Part shown: positions 56,306 to 64,000 of the stretch, in pieces
Layout of the letters: the number at the start of each line of letters is the position of its first letter
How positions within the stretch are numbered: the stretch's first letter is position 1
Assembly (NCBI GenBank): GCA_016124275.1
Contig: WGOA01000030.1
Coordinates: 4,057 to 68,056, forward strand
DNA from: Bacteroidota bacterium
GTDB lineage: Bacteria > Bacteroidota > Bacteroidia > Chitinophagales > BACL12
Direction: 5' to 3'
DNA: 64,000 nt
Position numbers and translations under genes: made by a program
The notes under the pieces: model-generated
What the model was told of the DNA's origin: nothing
Seen by the model: the letters and a program-made list of their open reading frames with translations, nothing else
Database searches by the model: none

Positions 56306-58201
56306 TTAGAATTTTACCGGGATTTGCACTTCAAAGGAACTTCCCCCCCCCTCGCGCGATTGCAGCGCAAAGCTTCCTCCAAGCGTTTCCACCCGCTGGC
56401 GAATAATGGCCAGGCCCCGCCCCCCGCCCCCCGCGCGATCGGGTTCAAAACCAACCCCATCGTCGCGTATATCCAGGAACACCCTTGCTTGGTTTACCTG
56501 CATGGTCAGCTCCACCTTGTGCGCCTGTGCGTGCTTGTACACGTTGTTGAGCAGGCCCTGCGCTATTCGGAACAACACCAGCTGGTACAACAAGTCCAGC
56601 TTCTCCAACCGCTGGGGCCGCGAATAATGGCAAACAACCTGCGTTCCAGCCGCTTCAAGCGGGCGAATGATTTCGCTCAGCGCCTGCACCAGACCGTGTT
56701 CCGTGAGGTTTGAAGGAATGCGGTTGTCGCAAATGCCGCGGATCTCCGCCTGCGCAGCGCTAAGTTGCCGGAGCAGATCGTCAAGCGGCGGTTGAAACGC
56801 GGCGAGCTTGTGATGCGTGGCCAGAAGCAGTGGTCCCAAGCGCTGGTCAATGTCCTGGCCAATGGCCTTGCGCACCTCCGATTCCCGGCTAAGCAAGGCA
56901 TAGGTATTTTGCCGACGCCGCACGATAGCCTCGCTCACCACCTGAAACCCTTCGTCCATAAACAAGCGAATCCTGCGCAGCAGAATCAGGGACAGCAAAA
57001 GCGTTACGATGATGATGCCGAGCCAATCCAGGGCGAAAAGGGCCGGTCCCACATGCAGCAGCGTCAGGTTTTGAAGGGCGTGCAGGCTGATGGCCAGCAT
57101 TTGTGGGGCCAGGGCAACCAGCATCAACAGGGGCTCCCGCAAGCGTGTTTTGCGGTGGATGGCCCAGACCGAAGCCAAAATCAGCGCGCAAGCCGCCAGA
57201 AAGACGACCTCATTGGCGCAGAACAACGCGGTCCGTGCGGCAGGAGCCGACCAAGGGAAGCCAAGTGCCAACAGGGCACACAGGCCAAGGACCACCCGGA
57301 GGCCATTCAGGCGGCGATGCAGCGCTGGAAACTCAACTTCCGTGCGGTACAGCACTTGCAAAAGCGACACGCCCGCAAAAAATGACGCATTAGCCAGCAA
57401 ATGCGGCGATGCCGTTTGCCAGAACATACTGCCCGGCCAAATCCAGGCATGCGCCAACCCGGTGTAAACCGCCACATGTGCTGTACCACACAAGGTAAAG
57501 CTCAGCCAGAGCCATCGAAACGGGGCGGCAATGACCACCGCAATGACAAGGCCAAACACGGCAATGGTGCTCATGACCGAGAAAAACGCCGTATTCAGCG
57601 TCAGGCGGGTTCGGCGTTGGGCTACCCATCGGTCCTGATCCCACAGCACAAACGGCAGATTGCGGTTACTGCCATCGCCGCGCAGCCGCACGAAGACCTG
57701 GAGCGTTTCGCCCGGAGCTGCCAGCAACGGAAACGCCAGCAGCCGGTACGGCAACACCCTATTGGCAAACGGCCAGCGCGTACCCGCAGTGGCAAATGAA
57801 TCGAGCGCGGCCCCGCGCTGCACAAAGACCGTCACCTCCGGCGCTTGCGCCAGCCCAACTTCCAGCACCAGCCTGCGCTGTGCGCTGTCTGCAACGGTCA
57901 GCGGCAGGCACAACCAGTGGTAACCCGTGCCAAATCCGGTATTGGGCATGGGCCGGCGGCTGGCTTTCCAGGCCGCGTTTTCCGGGGGAAGGGCCCTGCG
58001 GTTCCAGGCAACGGCAGGCGTTTGCAGCGACGAAGCCGCGTTGAGCCGGCTGAATGCAGCGTCTATCCGCACGACTGCCGCGGCTGGAAAGACTCCTGTG
58101 TTGCCGCCCGACGGCCCTTCGCCCGATTGCATGGCCAAAGCCAGGGGTGCCCTGCCAACGGCAAGCATGAACCAGACAATCAGGAGGACAAAAACGCGCA
58201 T
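56306..58201 (-). CDS. 7TMR-DISM sensor histidine kinase (NarX-like HisKA_3 + HATPase_c)
   Basis: Extracellular domain, 7 TM helices, and a dimerisation/H region. The ATPase is intact: 'FRIAQGLLNNVYKHAQA' (N box), 'IRDDGVGF' (G1), 'GRGLAIIRQRVETLGG' (G2). Confidence 0.85.
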   Translation of the reverse strand: MRVFVLLIVWFMLAVGRAPLALAMQSGEGPSGGNTGVFPAAAVVRIDAAFSRLNAASSLQTPAVAWNRRALPPENAAWKASRRPMPNTGFGTGYHWLCLPLTVADSAQRRLVLEVGLAQAPEVTVFVQRGAALDSFATAGTRWPFANRVLPYRLLAFPLLAAPGETLQVFVRLRGDGSNRNLPFVLWDQDRWVAQRRTRLTLNTAFFSVMSTIAVFGLVIAVVIAAPFRWLWLSFTLCGTAHVAVYTGLAHAWIWPGSMFWQTASPHLLANASFFAGVSLLQVLYRTEVEFPALHRRLNGLRVVLGLCALLALGFPWSAPAARTALFCANEVVFLAACALILASVWAIHRKTRLREPLLMLVALAPQMLAISLHALQNLTLLHVGPALFALDWLGIIIVTLLLSLILLRRIRLFMDEGFQVVSEAIVRRRQNTYALLSRESEVRKAIGQDIDQRLGPLLLATHHKLAAFQPPLDDLLRQLSAAQAEIRGICDNRIPSNLTEHGLVQALSEIIRPLEAAGTQVVCHYSRPQRLEKLDLLYQLVLFRIAQGLLNNVYKHAQAHKVELTMQVNQARVFLDIRDDGVGFEPDRAGGGGRGLAIIRQRVETLGGSFALQSREGGGSSFEVQIPVKF

Positions 58202-58307
58202 TTGGTGTAAAGAGAATGGATTCCCGATATTAGCCCGACTTTCGCGGACTTGCCCTGCCTGGCGTTAAGAGGATTCCAGGATGTGAGCAACTATCTTACG
58301 TCTCTCA

Positions 58308-60662
58308 ATGCGGTTTCACTTCAATCTTTGCATGAAAGGAATTCTACTCACGGCACTCCTGGCGGCTTTTGCTGCAGGGCATACGTTTGGACAACAAGCC
58401 ACCGTAACGGGTCAAATCAGTGATGCCGAATCAGGGGAAACCCTGATTGGGGTGAACATCATGGAGCTGAACAGCCAAACCGGGGCCTCAACGGATGAAA
58501 ACGGCAAATACCGCCTCAGCCTGCCTGCGGGCGAGGCTATTTTGCGCATTACCTATGTGGGTTATGAAAAGGAGGAATACGAATTGCAATTGGCAGCCGG
58601 GCAATCGCAAATCCTAAACATTACCCTGACGCTTGAAAGCCGCCTGATGGACCAGGTAGTGGTGACCGGCTCCAAGTTTGAAAAGAAGCTCGGCGAGGAA
58701 ACGGTTTCCATGGAGATTATCCGGCCTGAACAATTGGAAAACATCAACGCGGTTCGCGTGGACGATGCCATTGCGCGGGTTCCCGGTGTCAACGTGCTGG
58801 ACGGGCAGGTGAACATTCGCGGTGGTGCAGGCTACAGTTACGGGGCGGGTACGCGTGTGCTGCTGCTCTACAACGACATGCCCATTCTGCAAGCGGATGC
58901 CGGTTTTCCCAACTGGTCAGCGGTGCCCATTGAAAACATTGGTCAGGTGGAAATTATTAAGGGCGCTGCCTCAGCGCTGTACGGTTCCAGCGCCATCAAC
59001 GGCATCATCAACTTGCGCAGTGCCGAACCGGTAACCAAGCCTTTTTTCCAGATTGCCAGCTTTGGCACCTTGTACAACAACCCGCGCAACAACGTGGACA
59101 GCACGGGCGCACAGAAAGCATTCTGGCGGGAATCGGATACCATTCAGACGCCACACCAGGCGGGGTTGAGCGTTGCTTACCGCAAAAAATTCGGGCGGCT
59201 GGACGTAACGGCTGGCGGATACTTTTACAAAGAGGAGAGTTTTCGCCAGGGCGAATTCGACAACCGGGGCCGAATCAGCTTGTTGACCCGCTACCGTTTT
59301 GCCAAAATTGACGGGCTGTCCGTAGGGCTGAACCTGAATACGCAGGTTGGCGAAAGCGGCAGCTTTTTTATCTGGAACGGCATGGGCCCCGAAGCGTACA
59401 AGTCATGGGATTTGATTGGGTTGCCTACGCGCACGGAGGCTTTTCGCCTGACCATTGACCCCTTTCTGAACTATTTTGACGACCGGGGAAACCGGCACCG
59501 CGTTCAACTGCGCTACAACCAGGTGGACAACGACAACACCAACAACCAGGGCAACTTTTCTAAGTTTTATTATGGGGAGTACCAGTACCAGCGCCAGTTT
59601 GAAGACCTTGACCTGACCTTAACCATGGGCGGTGTGGCCAATGCGGTTACGGTCACGGCGGATCTTTATGCGGATTCTGTTCGCGTAGGAACGGATTTTG
59701 TGCAAGTGGGCGACCCGCTGAACGGCAGCAACTTTGCCGGGTATGCGCAGGTGGACAAGAAGTTTTTCAACACGCTCAACATTACAGTGGGTGGACGGCT
59801 GGAGGCCAACAAGATTTCGTTTACGGATGCGGAGCAGAAGTTTGTCTTCCGGGCTGGCGCCAATTACCAGGCGGCAGAGTACACCTACATCCGCGCCTCC
59901 TGGGGCCAGGGGTACCGTTTCCCAACCATTGCTGAGAAGTTTATTCAAACCAATTTAGGTGGCGGACCGCCCACCCCGCTGACGCCCGTTGTAGCCCCCA
60001 ATCCGGAATTGGTTTCTGAAACGGGTTGGAACAGCGAAATCGGCGTCAAGCAGGGCCTGCGCATCCGAAAGTTCGACATGTTGGTTGATGTGAGTATATT
60101 CTACCAGGAATACCTCTCCATGATGGAGTTTACGTTTTTTCAACAAGGCCTGTTGAGCGGATTCCAGAGCCGCAACATCGGTGATACCCGTATTTACGGC
60201 ACGGAGTTCACCTTGGGCGGTACCGGCAAGCTGGGCAAACACCCGATTTCGCTCATGGGTGGCTACACCTACATTAAACCCGAGTACCAGGAATTTACCC
60301 CGGAGTTGGATCAGCTGAGTTCCTGCGATGGCAACATTCTGAGCTACCGCAATCAACACACGTTTAAGGCGGAAGGCGAAATCACGCTGGGTGTGCTGAC
60401 CTTGGGCACTAACGTGCAGTATTACAGCTACATGGAGTGCATTGATGCCATCTTTGAGATTCTGCTGCCCGATGTGAGGGAGTTCCGCGAAGTGAACAAC
60501 AACGGTGATTGGATCTGGGATTTGCGCGCTGGCATTAACATCGGGGAGCACATCAACCTGACGGGCATTGTCAAAAACGTGATGAACCGCGAGTACGCCA
60601 TTCGCCCGGCGCGCATTGATGCTCCGCGCAATTACACCTTGCGAGTGAGCTATACGCTTTAG
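58308..60662 (+). CDS. TonB-dependent receptor with a carboxypeptidase-regulatory-like domain
   Basis: 'ATVTGQISDAESGETLIGVNI' (CarbopepD_reg), plug ('VVVTGSKFEK','RVPGVNV','NIRGGAGYSYGAGTRVLLLYNDMPI','VEIIKGAASALYGSSAINGIINL'), and a beta-barrel. An alternative start is ATG 58332 (MKGILLTALL). Confidence 0.85.
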   Translation: MRFHFNLCMKGILLTALLAAFAAGHTFGQQATVTGQISDAESGETLIGVNIMELNSQTGASTDENGKYRLSLPAGEAILRITYVGYEKEEYELQLAAGQSQILNITLTLESRLMDQVVVTGSKFEKKLGEETVSMEIIRPEQLENINAVRVDDAIARVPGVNVLDGQVNIRGGAGYSYGAGTRVLLLYNDMPILQADAGFPNWSAVPIENIGQVEIIKGAASALYGSSAINGIINLRSAEPVTKPFFQIASFGTLYNNPRNNVDSTGAQKAFWRESDTIQTPHQAGLSVAYRKKFGRLDVTAGGYFYKEESFRQGEFDNRGRISLLTRYRFAKIDGLSVGLNLNTQVGESGSFFIWNGMGPEAYKSWDLIGLPTRTEAFRLTIDPFLNYFDDRGNRHRVQLRYNQVDNDNTNNQGNFSKFYYGEYQYQRQFEDLDLTLTMGGVANAVTVTADLYADSVRVGTDFVQVGDPLNGSNFAGYAQVDKKFFNTLNITVGGRLEANKISFTDAEQKFVFRAGANYQAAEYTYIRASWGQGYRFPTIAEKFIQTNLGGGPPTPLTPVVAPNPELVSETGWNSEIGVKQGLRIRKFDMLVDVSIFYQEYLSMMEFTFFQQGLLSGFQSRNIGDTRIYGTEFTLGGTGKLGKHPISLMGGYTYIKPEYQEFTPELDQLSSCDGNILSYRNQHTFKAEGEITLGVLTLGTNVQYYSYMECIDAIFEILLPDVREFREVNNNGDWIWDLRAGINIGEHINLTGIVKNVMNREYAIRPARIDAPRNYTLRVSYTL

Positions 60663-60684
60663 GTGTGCTTTAAAGTACGTTCGC

Positions 60685-61506
60685 TTACTTGGCCATAACA
60701 AAATTTATGGGCAGGGTGAACTCCACCGCAACTTGCCGTCCGCTTTGGATACCGGGCTTCCAGGGGGGCATGGAGCGAATGACCCGGACGGCTTCTTCGT
60801 CGCAACCCCCGCCAATGCCGCGGACCACCCTCACATCCGTGACGCGCCCGGTAGCCAGCACGGTAAAGCGCACGAAGACTTTGCCGGTGATGCCGTTTTC
60901 GCGGGCAACCGTAGGGTAAACCATGTTTTCCCGGAGGTAGGCGTACATGGCCGCCTCACCACCGCTGAACTCCGGCATCTCTTCCACAATCTGGAACACA
61001 GGCGGCTTTTCGGGGGGCTTTGGGGCAGGTGGCTCGGGTTTCGCTTTGGGTTCGGGGGGTGGGGGCTCCAGCCAGACAAACGAATCGCCGGGGGCGCTGA
61101 CCGGTCCTGGCTGTTGAAACGAGAGCTCTTCCACTGTTGGCATGGATACCTCATCGGGCACCTCCTTATCGGGCTTGACCACCGGGGCTTTATAGGCCTT
61201 GCTGGCCTGCGTGGTGCGCGGTACTTCCGGGGGAAGGGCGACTTGTTCAATGGGCGGCGGCGCCGACAATTGAGAGAACGTAACGATGCGCTCCTGGACC
61301 ACCGGAGCCTGGGCCAGGCGGCGTTGTTGCACGTTGTAGAGGACAAGGGGCACGGACAGAAGCGTGAAAACCAGCAGCACGGCGGCTGCCCAGCCCATCA
61401 CGGTATAGCCATCCTTTGCCTGACGAAGCTGGTAGGCACCATACGCTTTGTTCCGGCCTTCAAAGACCAGGTCAAGGTAAAGGCGTTGTGGCCTTGGGCG
61501 TTTCAC
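60685..61506 (-). CDS. tonB: energy transducer TonB
   Basis: N-terminal TM, Pro-rich spacer ('PPPPEPKAKPEPPAPKPPEKPP'), and TonB_C ('EEMPEFSGGEAAMYAYLRENMVYPTVARENGITGKVFVRFTV'). GTG start overlapping the exbD stop. Confidence 0.85.
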   Translation of the reverse strand: MKRPRPQRLYLDLVFEGRNKAYGAYQLRQAKDGYTVMGWAAAVLLVFTLLSVPLVLYNVQQRRLAQAPVVQERIVTFSQLSAPPPIEQVALPPEVPRTTQASKAYKAPVVKPDKEVPDEVSMPTVEELSFQQPGPVSAPGDSFVWLEPPPPEPKAKPEPPAPKPPEKPPVFQIVEEMPEFSGGEAAMYAYLRENMVYPTVARENGITGKVFVRFTVLATGRVTDVRVVRGIGGGCDEEAVRVIRSMPPWKPGIQSGRQVAVEFTLPINFVMAK

Positions 61507-62051
61507 GGGGCGTTGCGTTGAAGGGTGCTTCCGGCTAAGTACAAGGCTTCATCGGCGGCGGTGGGCGCTACCAGCGCGTAGCGTTCTATGCCAGCCAGGG
61601 TCAGATCGTCCAGCACATCCACCAGGTTTTCGTAGCGGCTGTCGGGCAGGGGTTTGATCAGCACCACCAATTCCGATACCTCGCTGTTTAAGCGCACGAG
61701 CAGGGGCTGCAACCCGTCAGCACCATAGAAAATAGTATGTAGTTGCGGTTCGCTGACTCCCCGGTACCAATGCACGTTATCGTCGTTTCCCAGGATGAGG
61801 GTTAGGGCTTTGCTTTCTTTGATGGGTTGTTCCAGCAATTCCTGTTGAGGTTCCGGCTTAGGTGGCATAACTATTTCCATGGTTCTGGGTTGGCTAAAGG
61901 TCGTGGCCAGCATGAAAAAGGTCAGCAGCAGAAAGGCCATGTCCACCATGGGATTCATGTCCATGTCAACGGGTGGCTGGTTGCGGCGGGCGTCCCGGTC
62001 AGCCGGGTCATCCGGATCAGATAAGCGTGGACTGGTGTAGCGCGCGTTCAT
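61503..62051 (-). CDS. exbD: biopolymer transport protein ExbD/TolR
   Basis: 'DMNPMVDMAFLLLTFFMLATTF' is the ExbD TM signature. Operon context. Confidence 0.85.
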   Translation of the reverse strand: MNARYTSPRLSDPDDPADRDARRNQPPVDMDMNPMVDMAFLLLTFFMLATTFSQPRTMEIVMPPKPEPQQELLEQPIKESKALTLILGNDDNVHWYRGVSEPQLHTIFYGADGLQPLLVRLNSEVSELVVLIKPLPDSRYENLVDVLDDLTLAGIERYALVAPTAADEALYLAGSTLQRNAP

Positions 62052-62653
62052 GGCTTGGATGATTGCTGCACCTTGGGGTCGGTGATGAGGTTGAAGCGCG
62101 TGATGTTCTGATCGAGCAGCGTTTGAATAAGCTGATCAACCAGGTCATAAGGCACGTCTTTGTCCGCGCGGATGGCAACGCGGAACGCAGGGTTGATCAA
62201 CCTTGCCTGAATGAGCCAGTCTGCCAGCTGGTTCGCCACCGTGTCTGCTGGTATGCCCGGCTGAACCACCAACTTTCGCTGTTCAGGGCTGAGGTTGAGA
62301 AACGGTGCAAGCCCTTCGACCGGCATGCCAAAACCACCGAGCAATCCAAAGGCCGCGCGCTGCTGTTCATCAAAAGCGAGGTTGTAGCGTTCACCCATGC
62401 GCACCAAAAGTTTTTGACGGGTGAACTTGCCGTCCGCATCCATGAAAATTCGACCTTCAGGACTGACGGTCAACGTGATGACGTCTTTTTCGGGCAAGCG
62501 CGTGTCGGCGAAGGAGGCCGGGGTATTGACAGACAGCACCTGCGGCATCTTGAAGGTGGTGGTGAGCATAAAAAACGTTACGAGCAGAAAAGCCATGTCC
62601 ACCATGGGGTTCATGTCCAGTTTGGGCGAGCTGAAAGACGGTGCTTTTCTCAT
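62048..62653 (-). CDS. exbD: biopolymer transport protein ExbD/TolR (second copy)
   Basis: 'DMNPMVDMAFLLVTFFMLTTTF'. Start set at ATG 62653 (MRKAPSFSSPKL), 4 nt downstream of the exbB stop. The longer track ORF would overlap exbB. Confidence 0.85.
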   Translation of the reverse strand: MRKAPSFSSPKLDMNPMVDMAFLLVTFFMLTTTFKMPQVLSVNTPASFADTRLPEKDVITLTVSPEGRIFMDADGKFTRQKLLVRMGERYNLAFDEQQRAAFGLLGGFGMPVEGLAPFLNLSPEQRKLVVQPGIPADTVANQLADWLIQARLINPAFRVAIRADKDVPYDLVDQLIQTLLDQNITRFNLITDPKVQQSSKP

Positions 62654-62657
62654 GGCA

Positions 62658-63506
62658 TCAAGTCTTTGGGCTATCCATGCGGGCTTTTTCGCTTTGTTGG
62701 CTTTGCCGCACTTTAAACGCGTGCAAAATGGCATACGTGGCCTCGTCAATGGCGTAAACAATGTTGCTGATCCGGCTGCTGAAAAAGTTGTAGGCTACGA
62801 TGGCAACCGCTGAGGTGGGGATGCCAAAGGCTGTAGTGAGCAAGGCCTGGCTGATGCCGCCTGCGAGCCCAACGGCGTCAGGCGAGCCCACACGCGCCAA
62901 TGAGGTGAAGGCCTGAATCATGCCGGTAACTGTGCCCAGCAAGCCGATCAATGTAGCGATTTGGGCCAGGGTAGAAATGATGGAAAGGTTGTTGTTCAAT
63001 TGTGGAATCTCCAATTGGGTGGCCTGTTCCAGTTCGTAGCGCAGCAGCAAACGCTTGTCTTCTTCGGTCATGTCCGGGTTGTCGGCAAGCAGAGCGTAGG
63101 TGCTTAACCCATCGCGCACGACATTGGCGGCAGAGCCCTGGTGTTGATCGCAGGCCAGGATGGCTTCCTGGTGCCGACCCTGTTCAATCAACTGCCGAAC
63201 CTGCCGGATGAACAGAGCGTTTGCGCTTTTACCTTTGGCTTTGCGGATGGTCAGAAAGCGTTCCAGTACGTACGTGACCAGAATGTTTTGAAACGCGATC
63301 AGGGGCACCATCAACGGACCACCCTTGTAGATCACGCCCAGGTAATTCCCCCGCAAAGGCTCTCCAAGCGGATTTTGGTTCTCAAAATTTGCCGGGTTTC
63401 CCAGGATTTGGGTAAAGACCACCCAGGCTACAACAAGCGATAGCGGAATAACCAACCCCGCTAACCAGTATTGTGCGCGGCTTGTATCGGATTTTAACGT
63501 GGACAC
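62658..63506 (-). CDS. exbB: MotA/TolQ/ExbB proton-channel protein
   Basis: Three TM helices and 'LAQIATLIGLLGTVTGMIQAF...GGISQALLTTAFG', the ExbB signature. Confidence 0.85.
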   Translation of the reverse strand: MSTLKSDTSRAQYWLAGLVIPLSLVVAWVVFTQILGNPANFENQNPLGEPLRGNYLGVIYKGGPLMVPLIAFQNILVTYVLERFLTIRKAKGKSANALFIRQVRQLIEQGRHQEAILACDQHQGSAANVVRDGLSTYALLADNPDMTEEDKRLLLRYELEQATQLEIPQLNNNLSIISTLAQIATLIGLLGTVTGMIQAFTSLARVGSPDAVGLAGGISQALLTTAFGIPTSAVAIVAYNFFSSRISNIVYAIDEATYAILHAFKVRQSQQSEKARMDSPKT

Positions 63507-63740
63507 GGCGGTAAGTTTTAGGGGTCTTGGACAGAGTCGTTTGGCCTATCCCGGAGCAGATTGTTGCTGGAAAACTGGGCGTTTAGCCGCTGCCGCACAA
63601 TGACGGGCAAGGCAATGCGGCGTGACAGGGGTCAGCGAAAGCTTAGGCGGAACGCAGGATATGGGGTTTTTGGCGATGCCCTTGATCCCAATGCCCGATT
63701 GCTCTTGGTAGGCCCGCAAGGTGTTGCCTATCTTTATAGC

Positions 63741-64000
63741 ATGGGGCAGAGCTGGCATCGGGCCATTTTGGTGAATTGCGAGGCGATTTCGCCGCACACG
63801 CGCCGCTTTTTCTTTGAGATGCCCGAGTTGGAGCGCTACGACTTTTTGCCCGGGCAGTTCGTGATGATGCAATTGCCGATTCACGAAGACGAGAAGAAAA
63901 GCCGCCGTTCCTACTCCATTGCATCGCGTCCGGATGGCAGCAATCGCCTGGAATTTGTCATTGTGCAAATGGAGGGCGGCGCCGGCACGGGTTTTTTGTT
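63741..64000 (+). CDS. ferredoxin-NADP reductase-like oxidoreductase (FAD-binding domain); only the N-terminal part is present because the gene runs off the right edge
   Basis: Open-ended, so absent from the track. ATG 63741 gives MGQSWHRAILVNCEAISPHTRRFFFEMPELERYDFLPGQFVMMQLPIHEDEKKSRRSYSIASRPDGSNRLEFVIVQMEGGAGTGFL. 'GQFV...RSYSIAS' is the FNR-family FAD-binding motif (R-x-Y-S). Confidence 0.65.
   Translation, partial: MGQSWHRAILVNCEAISPHTRRFFFEMPELERYDFLPGQFVMMQLPIHEDEKKSRRSYSIASRPDGSNRLEFVIVQMEGGAGTGFL

Noticed and set aside
63546-63968. 140-aa minus-strand ORF at the right edge
   Set aside because: The plus strand from 63741 encodes a clear FNR-type FAD-binding N-terminus (RSYSIAS), and the minus ORF overlaps it without any motif.

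Overview
The window is a GC-rich chromosomal segment, almost certainly from a member of the Bacteroidota. Four things support that call. Three secreted proteins carry T9SS-type C-terminal sorting domains. The complete MoxR-DUF58-BatA-BatB-BatC-BatD-BatE aerotolerance-type operon is present. TAnnTTTG '-7' promoter boxes sit close to many start codons. Rho carries a huge Arg/Asp/Glu-rich insertion.

Most of the window is densely packed core genome:
- Housekeeping: tsaB, an M28 peptidase, ctp, yidD-rnpA-rpmH, rho, serS, asd and mfd.
- Metabolism and secretion: an alpha-glucan phosphorylase, two PhoD phosphatases, PPK2, an MbnP plus two di-haem peroxidases, BlaI/BlaR1-TonB, and an arginine-deiminase-like/CtlX-like pair.
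- Transport and signalling: two TonB-dependent receptors, a two-component cluster, and TonB-ExbD-ExbD-ExbB.

I found no rRNA, tRNA, CRISPR array, integrase or transposase.

The clearly accessory material is two small AT-rich islets, at about 29.36-30.94 kb and 41.35-43.22 kb. They carry toxin-antitoxin/abortive-infection modules that all look decayed:
- a 5'-truncated HigB-like toxin next to an intact HigA-HTH::ImmA/IrrE metalloprotease fusion;
- an AbiEi/AbiEii pair whose toxin is split by a single in-frame TAA;
- an adjacent y4mF/HipB-like HTH gene with an in-frame TAG.

Other points worth a second look:
- The PLP Schiff-base lysine of the glucan phosphorylase reads Thr.
- An intact 7TMR-DISM histidine kinase is followed by a paralogue with a degenerate ATP-binding domain.
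- A T9SS-tagged MbnP sits with two MauG/MbnH-like peroxidases.
- rnpA has no canonical start codon ahead of its conserved N-terminus.

I cannot demonstrate a convincing brand-new multi-gene system from sequence alone. The best candidates are listed with modest scores and explicit tests. All family calls rest on motif recognition by eye, since no searches were run.
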